Assembly (NCBI GenBank): GCA_037379345.1
Contig: CM074520.1
Span: forward strand, 8,680,001 to 8,744,000
DNA length: 64,000 bases
Source: Perna viridis
Lineage: Eukaryota
Direction of reading: 5' to 3'
Of the stretch, positions 54,501 through 64,000 are shown piece after piece. Every line of letters starts with the position of its first letter. Position 1 is the first letter of the stretch. The notes beneath the pieces were generated by a model. That model had not been told where the DNA came from. It did no database searches and saw only the letters and a list, made by a program, of their open reading frames with translations. The translations under genes were made by a program, and so were the position numbers.

Positions 54501-55262
54501 AGTTTTTTCCCCCATTAACTAAATATAAAGTGTTTTTTTGCCTCCCCTTTTATTTTCTTGCTGGAAGCAGCAAACAAGACTTTTCTTAATTAAGCTGAGC
54601 ATATTTAGTATAAAGGTAAAGCAAATTTACTGGAAAAGCACTTAGAAAGTGCATAACAAGTATATCCTATATATCTACGTACTGTTTTTATTCAGCAGAA
54701 AGAACTGTCATAAAAAATATGCAGATACTTCCATTTCATCAGAGAAATTTGAATGGCTTGATTACATCAAATTCAAGGCATCTTCTGATATTTTACAGAA
54801 CAGATTATTTCAAACACTTAAATTAACCAGAATTTTGAAATATTTTGAAAAAAAGCAGTTCAAAAAATCAAATAAATTCTTTATAACATTTCTGGAACGA
54901 GTCTATTGTAATTTTGACGTTCTGACTCCACTTTTGTTTCCTTTATAAATCAAAATAAACCTAGTAGAATTATTTGTTCATGAGAGTTGCTGGTAGTAGA
55001 GTGTTAAATCATTAGCAGCTTTGAGTAATTTACTTTACCATTGTCTTAGGACATGGGTTGAAAACTAGATAGTGTCCTTATTTACAGTTTTAGTTGATAT
55101 CTTCTGGGCATTTTCCCAAACATCTGTTTCACCATTTACTTAGCTATTTACCTTTGTCATGTAATTTTCTGAAGAGTCGGTTATCTCCCTTTCTTCTTGA
55201 AGGAGTACTTTTCAACATTTGTTCTATATCTTTCACACATAAAGTAGTTCTACCAATTCTAG
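6456..55262 (-). CDS. MICU3: Calcium uptake protein, mitochondrial (MICU2/3 family, MICU3-like), 5'-partial; core exons 55262-55152, 42518-42471, 24871-24789, 21384-21304, 14154-14066, 13458-13281, 11877-11769, 10700-10543, 6530-6456
   Basis: The 932 spliced nt read through in one frame: ...RLFRKLHDKGIISYTEYLFLLCVLTKPKSGFRIAFNMFDTDGNQIVDKKEFLVLESFF...DTTLLYHFFGPKG...FMENLQTEVIELEF...ISEEDFARILLRYT...GISFEDFKQFCHFLNNLDDFTIAMKMY...SPHLVNTVFQIFDSDGDGHLSHREFISIMKDRLHRG...FKTCVKNEMKSY*. It has two canonical EF-hand loops and the C-terminal Cys typical of MICU2/3. N-terminal exons are not in the window. Confidence 0.95.
7030..7292 (+). mobile_element. HINE-like element 3' portion
   Basis: (GAC)-type microsatellite followed by AGCTCAC...GTGATCT hairpin and AAAAA; 5' boundary uncertain. 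Confidence 0.5.
7562..7737. repeat. Long inverted repeat / foldback (MITE-like), ~85-bp arms
   Basis: ACAAAATTAATCA...GAAGAAGACAATCTCCTATGAC...TTTCTGTCTGTGAA...AAAGAAAGTTAC pairs with its reverse complement across a very short loop at ~7650. Confidence 0.85.
8605..9338 (+). mobile_element. HINE-like element (decayed)
   Basis: 5' part shares GTGGTCAAACCC..AACA...TGGACACAA with ~19370-19410; ends in GACGACAAC microsatellite, TATATGACC...GGTCATATA hairpin and A-run. Confidence 0.55.
10543..10700 (-). CDS. MICU3: MICU3 exon with C-terminal canonical EF-hand (FDSDGDGHLSHRE)
   Basis: ttttcag acceptor, GTAAGT donor; DFQRAVMVCTGQTLSPHLVNTVFQIFDSDGDGHLSHREFISIMKDRLHRGSR. Confidence 0.95.
11769..11877 (-). 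CDS. MICU3: MICU3 exon (GISFEDFKQFCHFLNNLDDFTIAMKMYTYAEQSVSK)
   Basis: taacag acceptor, G|GTTTGT donor, in frame. Confidence 0.94.
12096..12270. repeat. Imperfect palindromic element (MITE-like)
   Basis: AATAGGATAATTAATTGG...GTGAATAACCAAAATAT pairs with ATATTTTGGTTATTCAC...CCAGTTGATTATCCTATT. Confidence 0.7.
12901..13078. mobile_element. Tc1/mariner-type MITE
   Basis: TA-CTGTAAA ... TTTACAG-TA termini with TA flanks. Confidence 0.5.
13281..13458 (-). CDS. MICU3: MICU3 exon (FMENLQTEVIELEF...IPTEK)
   Basis: ttacag acceptor, GTATCA donor; core of ORF 13206..13502. Confidence 0.95.
13856..14058. repeat. Interspersed repeat, copy 1 (~200 bp)
   Basis: Highly similar to 54040-54317 (CCCTACCAGTGCACCTGGTC...CCCAGTTTTTAGTGGAGTC...CCCTGGATTACATTC); family not determined. 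Confidence 0.85.
14066..14154 (-). CDS. MICU3: MICU3 exon (NLEPIQDTTLLYHFFGPKGNDVLRYDDFSR)
   Basis: tcacag acceptor, GTTAGT donor; conserved DTTLLxHFFG motif. Confidence 0.93.
15072..15246. repeat. Near-perfect palindrome (MITE-like), ~80-bp arms
   Basis: ACAGTTATTAAATGGGTTGGATGCAA...GTACTGAGAATGATCAAGTGTTCTA pairs with TAGAACACTTGATCATTCTCAGTAC...TTGCATCCAACCCATTTAATAACTGT; central AGGC-CAAC-GCCT hairpin. Confidence 0.9.
15634..15672 (-). CDS. MICU3: Candidate MICU3 cassette exon (KVYNWESVAKLRE)
   Basis: attacag acceptor, GAA|GTATTA donor, 39 nt, phase 0-0, open, purine-rich; weak pyrimidine tract. Confidence 0.35.
15913..15969 (-). CDS. MICU3: Candidate MICU3 cassette exon (VLPSSHGKLSQTFVEAYLR)
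   Basis: T-rich tract...aaacag acceptor, CGG|GTAACA donor, 57 nt, phase 0-0 matching the host intron, open, retains 3 CpGs. Confidence 0.5.
16133..16320. repeat. 94-bp tandem duplication
   Basis: ATTAGAyTGGTTTGTAATGCATGACT... starts at 16133 and 16227. Confidence 0.85.
17057..17409. mobile_element. MITE with ~20-bp TIRs
   Basis: ATAGGTTATGTAAGTCTTGT (17057) vs reverse complement of 17390-17409 ATAGGGTATGTAAGTCTCGT, 18/20 match; interior retains CpGs. Confidence 0.7.
19345..20390 (+). mobile_element. HINE-like element with internal tandem core repeats
   Basis: Repeated AAGTCCCATAACT..AAAA / CAATTCACCAAA units; terminal TATGTCC...GGGCGTATA hairpin plus AAAAA. Confidence 0.55.
21304..21384 (-). 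CDS. MICU3: MICU3 linker exon (LESFFSLPPTERKFIPRPRAKLQAILD)
   Basis: Long T-tract plus cag acceptor, GTATGT donor, 81 nt phase 0-0, open, GC-richer than flanks; completes the helix after EF1. Confidence 0.8.
22215..22504. repeat. 145-bp tandem duplication, near-identical
   Basis: TAGAAAAGTTA.CTGTTACTA...GAAGTCTCAC starts at 22215 and 22360. Confidence 0.92.
23598..23770. repeat. 26-bp minisatellite, ~6.5 copies
   Basis: CCAGAATCTCA at 23614, 23641, 23667, 23693, 23719, 23745. Confidence 0.92.
24789..24871 (-). CDS. MICU3: MICU3 exon with EF-hand 1 (FDTDGNQIVDKKE)
   Basis: ttttag acceptor, GTAAGT donor, canonical 12-residue Ca-binding loop. Confidence 0.95.
25252..26461. mobile_element. Non-autonomous TIR element with an internal ~240-bp direct duplication
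   Basis: ~70-bp inverted termini (TAGCCTGGAAATTT.GTC..GAGAATG.GG.TTATAAGCTGCATCTTGTAATCTTTT); direct repeats at 25328-25565 and 26051-26294. Confidence 0.7.
30238..31285 (-). mobile_element. HINE/Helentron-like element with ~570-bp-period internal duplication
   Basis: ~30280-30560 repeats at ~30848-31120 (ATGTA.ATGTCATCA...AATGACCCTA.TAAGGATTTCATT...GAACCAGAAGTTGTAGA); T-run plus hairpin terminus at ~30238-30270; boundaries approximate. Confidence 0.5.
31480..31950. repeat. Decayed repeat with subrepeats GGTTGTTGCATATCAAAT
   Basis: Motif recurs near 31628, 31716, 31835; AAGTGCAAAA recurs three times. Confidence 0.5.
36121..36446. repeat. 34-35-bp minisatellite, ~9 copies
   Basis: GGCCTTGGTGARGRRTAATGTGTATGTAACCTTC tandem copies. 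Confidence 0.95.
39870..40578 (+). mobile_element. HINE-like element with ~160-bp tandem core repeats
   Basis: GTCCAAGGGCCA at 40041, 40201, 40360; then GACA/GATG microsatellite, terminal hairpin (GTACCCTC...GGGGGAC) and AAAAA. Confidence 0.65.
41873..42079. mobile_element. Tc1/mariner-type MITE
   Basis: TA-CTGTGAA...TTCACAG-TA termini with extended imperfect TIR (GGATACCAATT / AATTAGTATCC). Confidence 0.65.
42471..42518 (-). CDS. MICU3: MICU3 48-nt exon (GIISYTEYLFLLCVLTK)
   Basis: ttttttcag acceptor, GTAAGT donor; hallmark MICU2/3 motif. Confidence 0.95.
43339..43492. mobile_element. hAT-like MITE
   Basis: CAGAGTTAGAAA / TTTCCTACCCTG termini, flanked by near-duplicated yAATAAGC. Confidence 0.4.
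46465..46780. repeat. 64-65-bp tandem repeat, ~4.5 copies
   Basis: TCAGAyTGACC at 46491, 46555, 46620, 46684. Confidence 0.85.
48823..50604. repeat. Two-subunit satellite (27-bp A + 23-bp B) with higher-order structure, 1.8 kb
   Basis: A=TAAGGATTCATTACCTTCTGTAGGTCT, B=TAAGAAATAGCGGGAGTTCCAGT, arranged mainly as AB (50 bp) and AAB (77 bp). Confidence 0.97.
54040..54317. repeat. Interspersed repeat, copy 2 (carries a nested retro-insertion)
   Basis: Matches 13856-14058 except for the insert at 54236-54295 and its target duplication. Confidence 0.85.
54236..54295 (+). mobile_element. 5'-truncated non-LTR retroelement 3' end with (AAAC)n tail
   Basis: 60-bp insert ...ATAGCTGAAATATTGCTGCTCGGACGTTAAACCCCAACAAACAAACAAA flanked by an 11-bp TSD CTTGGATCCCT (54225-54235, 54296-54306). 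Confidence 0.85.
55152..55262 (-). CDS. MICU3: MICU3 exon (RIGRTTLCVKDIEQMLKSTPSRRKGDNRLFRKLHDKG)
   Basis: ttacag acceptor, G|GTAAAT donor, phase 1-1, joins GIISYTEY in frame. Confidence 0.9.
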
Positions 55263-58200
55263 CTGTAAGTAAAAAGTATATTAAGTAAATAGTTATGAAC
55301 AGTCTGTATTGAAGTAATACAGAAATGTTATGATCAAAAACACAATTAAACATTCCAAACAAGACTCTGACAAACGGCAAATTTTAAGAAAATGGAAATA
55401 ATCTATATAAAGGGAACAAGGTTTTGGGTAATCCCTTTTGGGATTCATTGTCAGGAGCTGTTTTCTTATTTGGCCGCCAAATCAGAAAACAGCTGCAGAC
55501 ACTGAATCCCAAAAGGGATTAAGTTTTGGGACATTTTCAGACACTGTTTTCTTCAGCATCTTACATACACATAGTATGCATGTGGACTATTCAAGAAAAA
55601 CCACAACATGTAAATTAACAGTAAACAAACTGTTTTTGCAAAATCATAAAGTTAGCATATTTTCAAGAAATGAAAAAGTCATGTCAATGTTTAAGGCTAC
55701 AAGCACAAAAAGTTTAAAATACATTGTCCTTGTAAAAAATTTCAAGCTGTGCTGCCTAGACACAAAACTTCATACAAGAAAATCCAAAGTACAACTGGTT
55801 TTCCTCCAAATTTTACGCTAAAGCTACATGAAAATTTAGACCTGGTTTTGGAGAATATTTCTTCATATCTGAAGTGGATAAAACAAAGACATGATTCATG
55901 ACCATTACATTCCGGACCTCAATCACTCCAGTCCAACCCCCAACTTATGATGGTACTTTAAACCTGTCAACAACCTTTGTTCACTTTGATATACATAAAT
56001 AAAATATTTTCTATCCCCTCGTGTATCCATAAACACAACTTATCCTCATTTACCTAATGTTTGATTATTTTTATCATCAATATGACAAAAAGGGCCCTAC
56101 CCTCTTAATTCTACCTCTAATTTATTCATCAGACATATTAAGTGAGGATTTGAAATCTTTGTTGAAGATTTAAGATTTTAGCCGTATGTCTGGACTCTTG
56201 ACAGATAAGTGTCTGAAGAGATACCAGACTAGGAATGAGAAGTAGCTCCTTGAGTTCTGAAAAAAAAAACAAACAAAAAAACACCAGAAGCTTAAAACAA
56301 TGGAAATTACATGTACATTACTGCTATTAGAGTCGAAAATCAAAAGGTGTTCACAAGTTTTATATCAGTATACAAGCTTGACCGTGTAAATAGGTCCTGG
56401 GTATGTTATATGCTGATATCATGGGTGAATGTACATGTATTTGTTTTACTGATTAAAACACAACTTCATGCAAATAACAATGTTCTGTGCAACTACTGGT
56501 TAATATTTAAACTCACTTAGTCAAGAATATACAGTCAAAAAGAGGCTGAGCCTAAAAATTAAGCCATAAATGGGGTAAATGAAAGTAACTACAAGTAATT
56601 AAACCCATTCACAACTGTATAGGAACATCTTTCTGACTCATAAGAAAACCTTCTGGTGTTAATAGAACATCCACTAATTATTTCCACTCTCATAACCTCA
56701 CTACATCTACCTGTTAATTACAACTATAATAAGTTAGTAAAATTCCTTCTGATGCTTTGATAACACAAGTAATAAAGATTCATTTGTTACCACTTACTAC
56801 AATCATGATTGCAGCTATACAACATGTGCAATATCTAATTACAAGAAATTCTTAACTCAATGACTTTCAGCATCTACTTAGATATGAGTAACATCTTCAA
56901 AAGCCATACATGTTAAAGATGAAAGTTATATCGAAACCAAATTTTAAGTAATTGAAGCCTATTCCCAGATTCCCTAGTAAGCAGTATTTTATGCATGGAT
57001 ACAGAAAAAAAGCACCAACTGGCATTAATCTATGAACTTTTTGAAACATGCCTATGGCACAAAAAAAAAACAGCACAATTGTATGTTACACATGAAGTAC
57101 ATAAGGCATTAACTGCTATAGGCTTAGTTAGTGGTTGTGTAAGACTATTGGTTTGACTTCCTTCTATAAGGAAACACAAATGATTTATAGCAGCAATACA
57201 ATTTTGTATCAACATTCTCTTATGATTTGTCAGATTACTAAGCGGCTTTAGTCCGTGATTTCTTCGCAGGTTTTCTATTTGTCCAAGGATAACTGTACAA
57301 GTCTACGATAATTACATGTATATAAATACCCGTAATAAATCTATGCTTATTCATGGACAAAGAATTTCCTAAGTAAAAGTAAACAGTTTCTCCTAATTAA
57401 AATCAGGAGGCTAATATTTGAGACAAGGAAAAGACAATAGGGGAACTTAAACAGATACATGTAACCAAGTATGAATCTAACAAATGCCTGGTATGTTTGG
57501 ACCTGGTCTAACAGGATTAAAATAACTTTAAATACAAATGTTTATCTTCAGTGATAAATGCTTATAAACTTCAAAGCACAAAATGACATTTAGAAAATTT
57601 TTGCAATCATGCCAAAAAATGTATTAAAATATGAGCGAGACATAAAACTAATGAAATATGCTTGTCGTATTTATGATTGATGGATAGAGATACTTGTAAC
57701 AATGTATAAATGGGTCAAAAATACTTATAAAGTATGGGGTAGATTTAACATCACAATGGAATGCAATACAATTTCATTTTAATTTTGATTTTATCAAACT
57801 GCAATGGTGAAACATCAAAACCCTCTAATCTTTAACATATTATTCAAAGCAGCAGTTACGGATTAAACCTGGGGTCACATGTCTCAAAAAGTACAAAGTC
57901 AACAACACTGACAATAATCCTTACAGTTATACTGCTGTTTTCTCTGCAGTGATCCATAATCTGTCAGGCAAATGTTTGCTTTTATTCAGCCACAAAAAAT
58001 GTGTTTATGATCATTAACAAGCAAAAACAGATTTGGTATTCTATTTATTCTGTTGCTTTGTATCACTGCATTCGGGACACTGCATGAAAGCAACACCCTA
58101 AGCTGGAGAGTTAATTTTGTCTACTTACAATATACAAATGTTTGTGGACACTGGGTCATCATTGAAACAAAGGATTTAATCTGCTACTACATATGCCTCC

Positions 58201-60112
58201 AAGTCATTTGGACCTCCTTATACATGTAGCAACTACCATTTAAGTCACAACTGTATGGAAACTTAAGAAATTAAGGGCCCCTTTCTCTATCTAACCAATG
58301 ATTGTTCTGATGTTTTGAGTATTCTTTTAAATGAATGTTCTCCCTGAATCCAATAATCACAATACATTGCAAGGTTCTTATCATTTTAACACAATACTTT
58401 TCAAAACGAATTTAGAATGCACATGGAGAACTGTGCTATCTTTGCATTGAAACGCCGCAAAGTCATTGTTTTCAAGTCACTTATATTGTTAGCGACGATT
58501 TCTTGCACTTATAATTTCAGTACATTACATTCTCATATGATTTGTATAATTATACATTATTACTCTACATTAAGCTGCCGATCAGTGCCGTATTTACCTT
58601 AATATTTTCATAGTTCTAGCTTCATACGAGATCAAAATGTACGTGTGTTTTTTGCTTGTATGAGAACAGTAAGTTTACATTAATAGATGAAATGATCGGT
58701 TAGTATATTGAAGACTACAGTTGTTTTTGATTCAAACACAGGGGCTTGTTACAATTGACTATATAGGCCATATACATTATCAGGGCCCCAATACATATCT
58801 ATAGCCATTGCCAGTTGTTTAATCTGTTTCCTAATCTGGTTCCCTGGTCAATATCATAATCAACCCAAAGATGAATAAAAATTAGAGAGGAACTTGTGGA
58901 ATGAAAACATTACCCGCACTTCCTGTAACCAATTGTTTTGATCGAAAACATTCGGGTCATCATGGTTATGTAAGAGTAATTATAAGGAGAACCAAGATTC
59001 TAGCTGAAGTCACCCAATTTTAGTGCATATCGCATTCATGCTATTTCGGATGTTGAAAACAAGCCAAAGTCAGTGGCATAAAATATTTGACAATCAGTGA
59101 CTTTGAAGACTTCAGTCTTTGATTTAAATATGTGATAAACAAGATTCATTTTTCAGATAAAATTAGTAGAGCTTACAGTTTTGATTCATGGCATCATACA
59201 GATAATAATCAATGTTATAACAAAAATATTCAAAGAAGCGTGTCCAACAACTAGTAATTTTGCTGGAATGACAATGAACTTAAGTCAGAATTATGGCTTT
59301 TCAGTCCCTTTTGTATGTGGTGACTTCAACTGCAAATCAAGTGGATTTGCTTAATGCATGATAGAATTTCACCATGATCAGCCCAATTTCTGTGGCTGGA
59401 TTTTGATCAATGGTTAACAAGTAGCTGAAAACACTTTCTGAGAATGGAAGTTCCATTGGAACACTGACAAGAGAAGATATATCTTTGTAATAAATGAATT
59501 TATAATGGTCTTAGGAACAAAGTTCTCATCCAAGCTAAAGAAAATATATTAACTAAAATCATACTTGGTTGACATTATAGATAATAAATTGATGTAAATT
59601 TTATCTATATAAAAGAAGGTAAGGTGATCTATTAAGATTAGACAATCATTCATAAGCTATGAATATTTGAAAGTCCTCTGTCGATGAATATTATGTATAG
59701 AAATCACTTTTCATATCAGGCCCATATCTGATTTGTACCTGTTATGCAGGTATATATTTCCACATGTACGTTGTTAACATCAAAGACAAGAAAACCCCAC
59801 TGATTATCTGTATATATCGGTAGGTATAAACATTATATCAACTGTGTTAAACTCTACACTCCCTTTAAATAGTGTGAGAAACTTTAATTTACTTCCTCAT
59901 TGAGAACAATGTTAGTCTATTTCAATGTATACACATAGGTTGAAGTATGAAGGACATTTGGATTTAAATTTTAGAAAGTGTTATTTTGTAAATAATTGAG
60001 TATTGCCTGTGCCTCTTATTTCTAAAAAAGTTTATAGTAAGAACTAAGGTTACAAGTTATCGGATGTTTACAAGCTGTCCACAATTATTGAACTTCGGCA
60101 GTAAATGACTTG

Positions 60113-60370
60113 CTGTGAAACCTGCCTAGAATCAAACCTTGAATAATCCAAAACCTGTCTAAACAAAACAATAAATAATCCAAAATCTGCCTAAAGAAAA
60201 CAACAAATAATCCAAAACCTGTCTAAAACCAACCCTGAATAATCCAAAACTTATCTAAACAGAACAATGAATAAACCAAAACATGTATAAACAAAACAAT
60301 GAATAACCCAAAACCTGTCTAAACCAAACAATGAATAATCCAAAACCTGTCTAAACCAAACCCTAAATAA
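60113..60370. repeat. ~32-bp minisatellite, 7-8 copies
   Basis: AATAATCCAAAACCTGTCTAAAC tandem copies. Confidence 0.85.
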
Positions 60371-63284
60371 TATGAACACCAGTCTGAATCATGACATTTT
60401 TTAGAGTCCTTTTATGTGAATTTAAATGTATTTTGGACCTTTATAAACTGTAAACCTGTCTAAACTGAACAAATATAAAGGGGGTTTATCACTAACTTCC
60501 TTTGTTTGGTGGTCAACAGGACTACTTCAAGAGGTAAAACAGGTAGTCCACAGATGATGATGACAGTTCTGGTCTTAGAACTTATGAAAAATAAGACAAA
60601 AGTTAGATAGCCCATAGGACTACCATGAAAACTTTTTAGGTAGTCCTCTCCAAAATTAGGGTGGCACAGGACTACCAGACTACTGTTAGTGTCGCTCCCT
60701 AGAAGGGGGTTTTACTATACAAAACAATATTTATAACAGCATACAAACTCCAGTTGATGGTTACTTTATCACTATCTATCAATCCCACAATCTTCTTAAG
60801 GAACAGGTTTGCAATATACTACATGTATATGAAAAAAACTGTTAAAACAATAAAATGTATACTTGAAATTCAATTAAGTAGAGCAAAAATAAAAATATTT
60901 AGGCTTATCATATATATAAGAAAACTAAATGTGAAAATCTTTTGCGAACAACCTCTAAACCTAATATTCCAATAACTTAAAAGATGCATTATGAAGAATG
61001 TTGCTTCAATGTGGCACCATAATGGAAAATTAAACATGCTGAAGAGTACTTATTGACTTCATTGATCTAGGCAACTGTATTATCACTAAATGGACTCTAT
61101 AAACAAACTGCCTGTGCAGTATAAAGACTCTGACATGCAAAGGTCATGTTCTTTTGATGTAGAAACTCATCCATAAATTCTTAGCTGGGATTCTTACATC
61201 ATACTTAAAATACTGGGACTATTATCTTAAATCACTTTTAATTCTTGAGATGCAATATCCTTCATTATAAACATGAAAGCTGTGGTAGGACTATAGATTT
61301 TATGACAATTTGGCACAAAAACTGAATTCTGATTAAGGAAGTTAGATTATGTCACGCTGATTATATCATCATCAATAATTAGTTAATTAACAAGACTGCT
61401 CAAAGAGCACCTGCTACCCTTCATAACTCCTTATAATCAAGAAATAAAAGAGTTACAGCATAAAACCAGAGTTCCCTGTTCAATGTTCATGACATGTGTT
61501 CCTGATATTAATTATAGGAGCAACTTGTTTTACATATTTTTCTTCATTATATTTTTGTGAATTTAACCTAAAATAGGCCATGGCTGTTAATACTATCTTT
61601 TCCTATAGCTTTTTATCAAATTCTGCTATCAGTGAGCTCAAATACTGCCAATACGACTAGTATATGATGAACAGTCAAAACTGAGTTGGGTCATTCACAT
61701 TGAATATGTCTAAAGGCTTAACCCTTGACCTAAATAACCCAACAGTGCTGAGAACTTAAAAAGAATAAAGGAATGATTTTGAACCTAGTAATCTATCAGA
61801 AGGAGTTTCTATCTTTTGATATTTGGACGTGAAGTCATCTGCATAAACCTAACAATCAATGTAAGGTGTAGCTGGTAAATAGAAAGATAAAGACGAGCGA
61901 TCATGAACAAGTCTGAACTCGTCAAATTTCCATCCCCTCATTAGTTCAAATTGTAGACAGAACATGCCCCCTTTTTCATTGAAAACTTTCTTTCACCATT
62001 CATACAAATATCCAAACAAAGAAAATTTGAGACTTATGATCTTTTGAAAGATTAGGTACAATAGACAATGCTATAACGTTCCATAAAGCAAGCTTCAGGT
62101 AGGTTTTTACCTGCTATTCACCTGAACAGGTAGATATCAAAAGAAAATAACTGAATCAATGCGGTCAACACAGTTAACATCACTTTTTCTCAATGGATTT
62201 AAATACTTGTAAATCAGCTGATTTTCCACTATCCAAAGGTATACTAGATAGAATTCTTGTCGTGTACATAAATGTTTTAATATATAAGTCATCAGAACGT
62301 TTACTTTTTATATTAAAAGTATTTTAGTTTAATACAACTTTTTTTAACTATGTTTAATAGGAATTAATTGAAGGTTTTATATAAATCAACTTAGTACTTA
62401 AAATGATTGAATTAGATCAATTATATTCTGGTCTACCTACAGAGAAGATATATCCAAGGACTATCAAATTCTTTTCAGTCTCGCCAAAATTTCAAAAATA
62501 AAATTCTAAAATTTCCAGAAGATACACACCATGATTATAGTAAAAATGAAATTTAATTATTGAATGTAATAAGCATGTGTGTATTTAAATTCATTTAGAT
62601 TTCATGTTTTCAATTATTCAAATTGACTTTTCTTTTTTTCAGAAGCAGAATCCCTGCCAGACAAACTGCCCCAGTTAAGGGACACAGAAAGGTGAGAAAT
62701 ATCGGTAGATAACTTGCATGTATTAAAATCTCATTCTTCAGTATGGCAACCTTAAATGATCTAAATATACAACTGATCAAAATCTACCATCAAATGCAAA
62801 GTGCAGTTTAAAACTAAATTTATATGCATCTTAAACTAATCCTGTAAATACCTGCGATTCTTCACCATTAATGTATTTGAATACTTGACTTAAGGAGGAT
62901 TCCAACATTGTACATCAAGTCTACTTTCAGTTGGATTACTAAATTCTATTTAGTTTTTATTTATTCAAATGTTCCATGGATTTTGGGTTATAGCATTCTT
63001 TTTCACCTGACCTAAAGAAAAATCTGAAAATTACTTCAAATATCTGAAAAATGTCCATCAAGGTTAAGAGAGCACAAATTCTATTTTAATTGCAAGCTTT
63101 CATGCATGCATAAAGTATAAATTGTATATACCTTTTTGCAGCTGAAACAATATCAACGTAATTTTCAGGTAAATAAAGCACTTTGAGTGTTTATTTTTTT
63201 ATAGGTTCAACTCTTTTTGCCAAAAAGGTACAATTGCCTTTATTTATTGTGTCACGATCAGAAATAGCAAAGTTAAAATGCATA

Positions 63285-63661
63285 CAGTCCCTGAACCGAT
63301 CTGCGCATCAATTTGACAGATCAATGATCTTTGACTGATTGATCGCTGACCGATCGATTACCAATGACCGGTGACCGATCTGATCGCAATTTTGTTATGT
63401 AAAATGACATTAGATCTGTTTGAAATAAAAGAAATGTAAACTAAAAGTATGAAGTGATGTTTAAATATATTACATTATGTAAATATGTGGAAAATTGACA
63501 AAGAAAATAATAAAAACCTTAAAATACAGTGACTGCACTGTGGTCACGTGATGCGATCACCGGTTCAATGGATCGACATGACGGATCCTTGACTGACTGT
63601 AAACTGATCGGTGACCGATGACCGATCGCAATTTTTGTTGCATGGATCCGTTTAGGTACTG
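63285..63661. mobile_element. MITE with TA flanks and GATC/CCGATC-rich subterminal repeats
   Basis: TA-CAGTCCCTGAACCGATC vs reverse complement of the right end TA-CAGTACCTAAACGGATC; CpG-rich interior. Confidence 0.7.
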
Positions 63662-63765
63662 TACATGTATGTCTTCCCAGTATATCAAAAAATGATCATA
63701 AAACCAAAAGTTAACATACATACATGTATGTCTTCCCTGTATATCAAAAAATGATCATAAAAACA
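63662..63765. repeat. ~59-bp tandem duplication
   Basis: TACATGTATGTCTTCCC.GTATATCAAAAAATGATCATAAAA occurs twice. Confidence 0.85.
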
Positions 63766-64000
63766 AAAAGGGGCTGCAAAATTATATAAAATCAGAAAAT
63801 CACTAAATTATTTTTATAAGCATTTATAAGCAGGACACATATTCTAACTGATTTCTCTTTGAGCTATTTTGAAAGACATAAATAAATACATCTAGAGAAT
63901 TGTTTAGCCCTTCCTAGTTCCAACTGCAATCAAATAATCAATTCAGAAATTATTGTTCTGCATTAAACAAAGAAAACCCAGTGTATCCATTAGAATTTTA

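Noticed and set aside
55263-64000. Search for upstream MICU exons (MTPxDF motif, transit peptide)
   Set aside because: No matching sequence was found by eye; these exons are presumed to lie beyond the window.

Overview
AT-rich eukaryotic (metazoan) genomic DNA. Repeat types and base composition suggest a bivalve mollusc such as Mytilus (inference). The supplied ORF track is almost entirely noise because both real genes are spliced. I reconstructed two convergent genes by hand. (1) A complete 6-exon, 269-aa secreted S1A serine protease on + (899-4884) with an intact His-Asp-Ser triad and a non-trypsin S1 pocket. (2) The 3' ~310 codons of a MICU2/3-family mitochondrial calcium-uptake gene on - (9 core exons, 6456-55262; 5' exons lie beyond the window), with very large 5' introns (17.6 kb, 12.6 kb, >8.7 kb). 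The introns hold MITE-like foldbacks, Helentron-associated (HINE-like) elements, minisatellites, a 1.8-kb two-subunit satellite with a 458-bp higher-order repeat, and two young, extremely 5'-truncated retro-insertions sharing an identical 32-bp 3' end. The best leads are a cluster of in-frame cassette/micro-exon candidates in the variable linker after MICU EF-hand 1, a candidate poison exon, a CpG-retaining intronic island with a small antisense ORF, and possible bystander status of MICU in an FGF regulatory block. I found no CRISPR array, RNA gene or prokaryotic-type system, and I cannot claim a new system from sequence alone.
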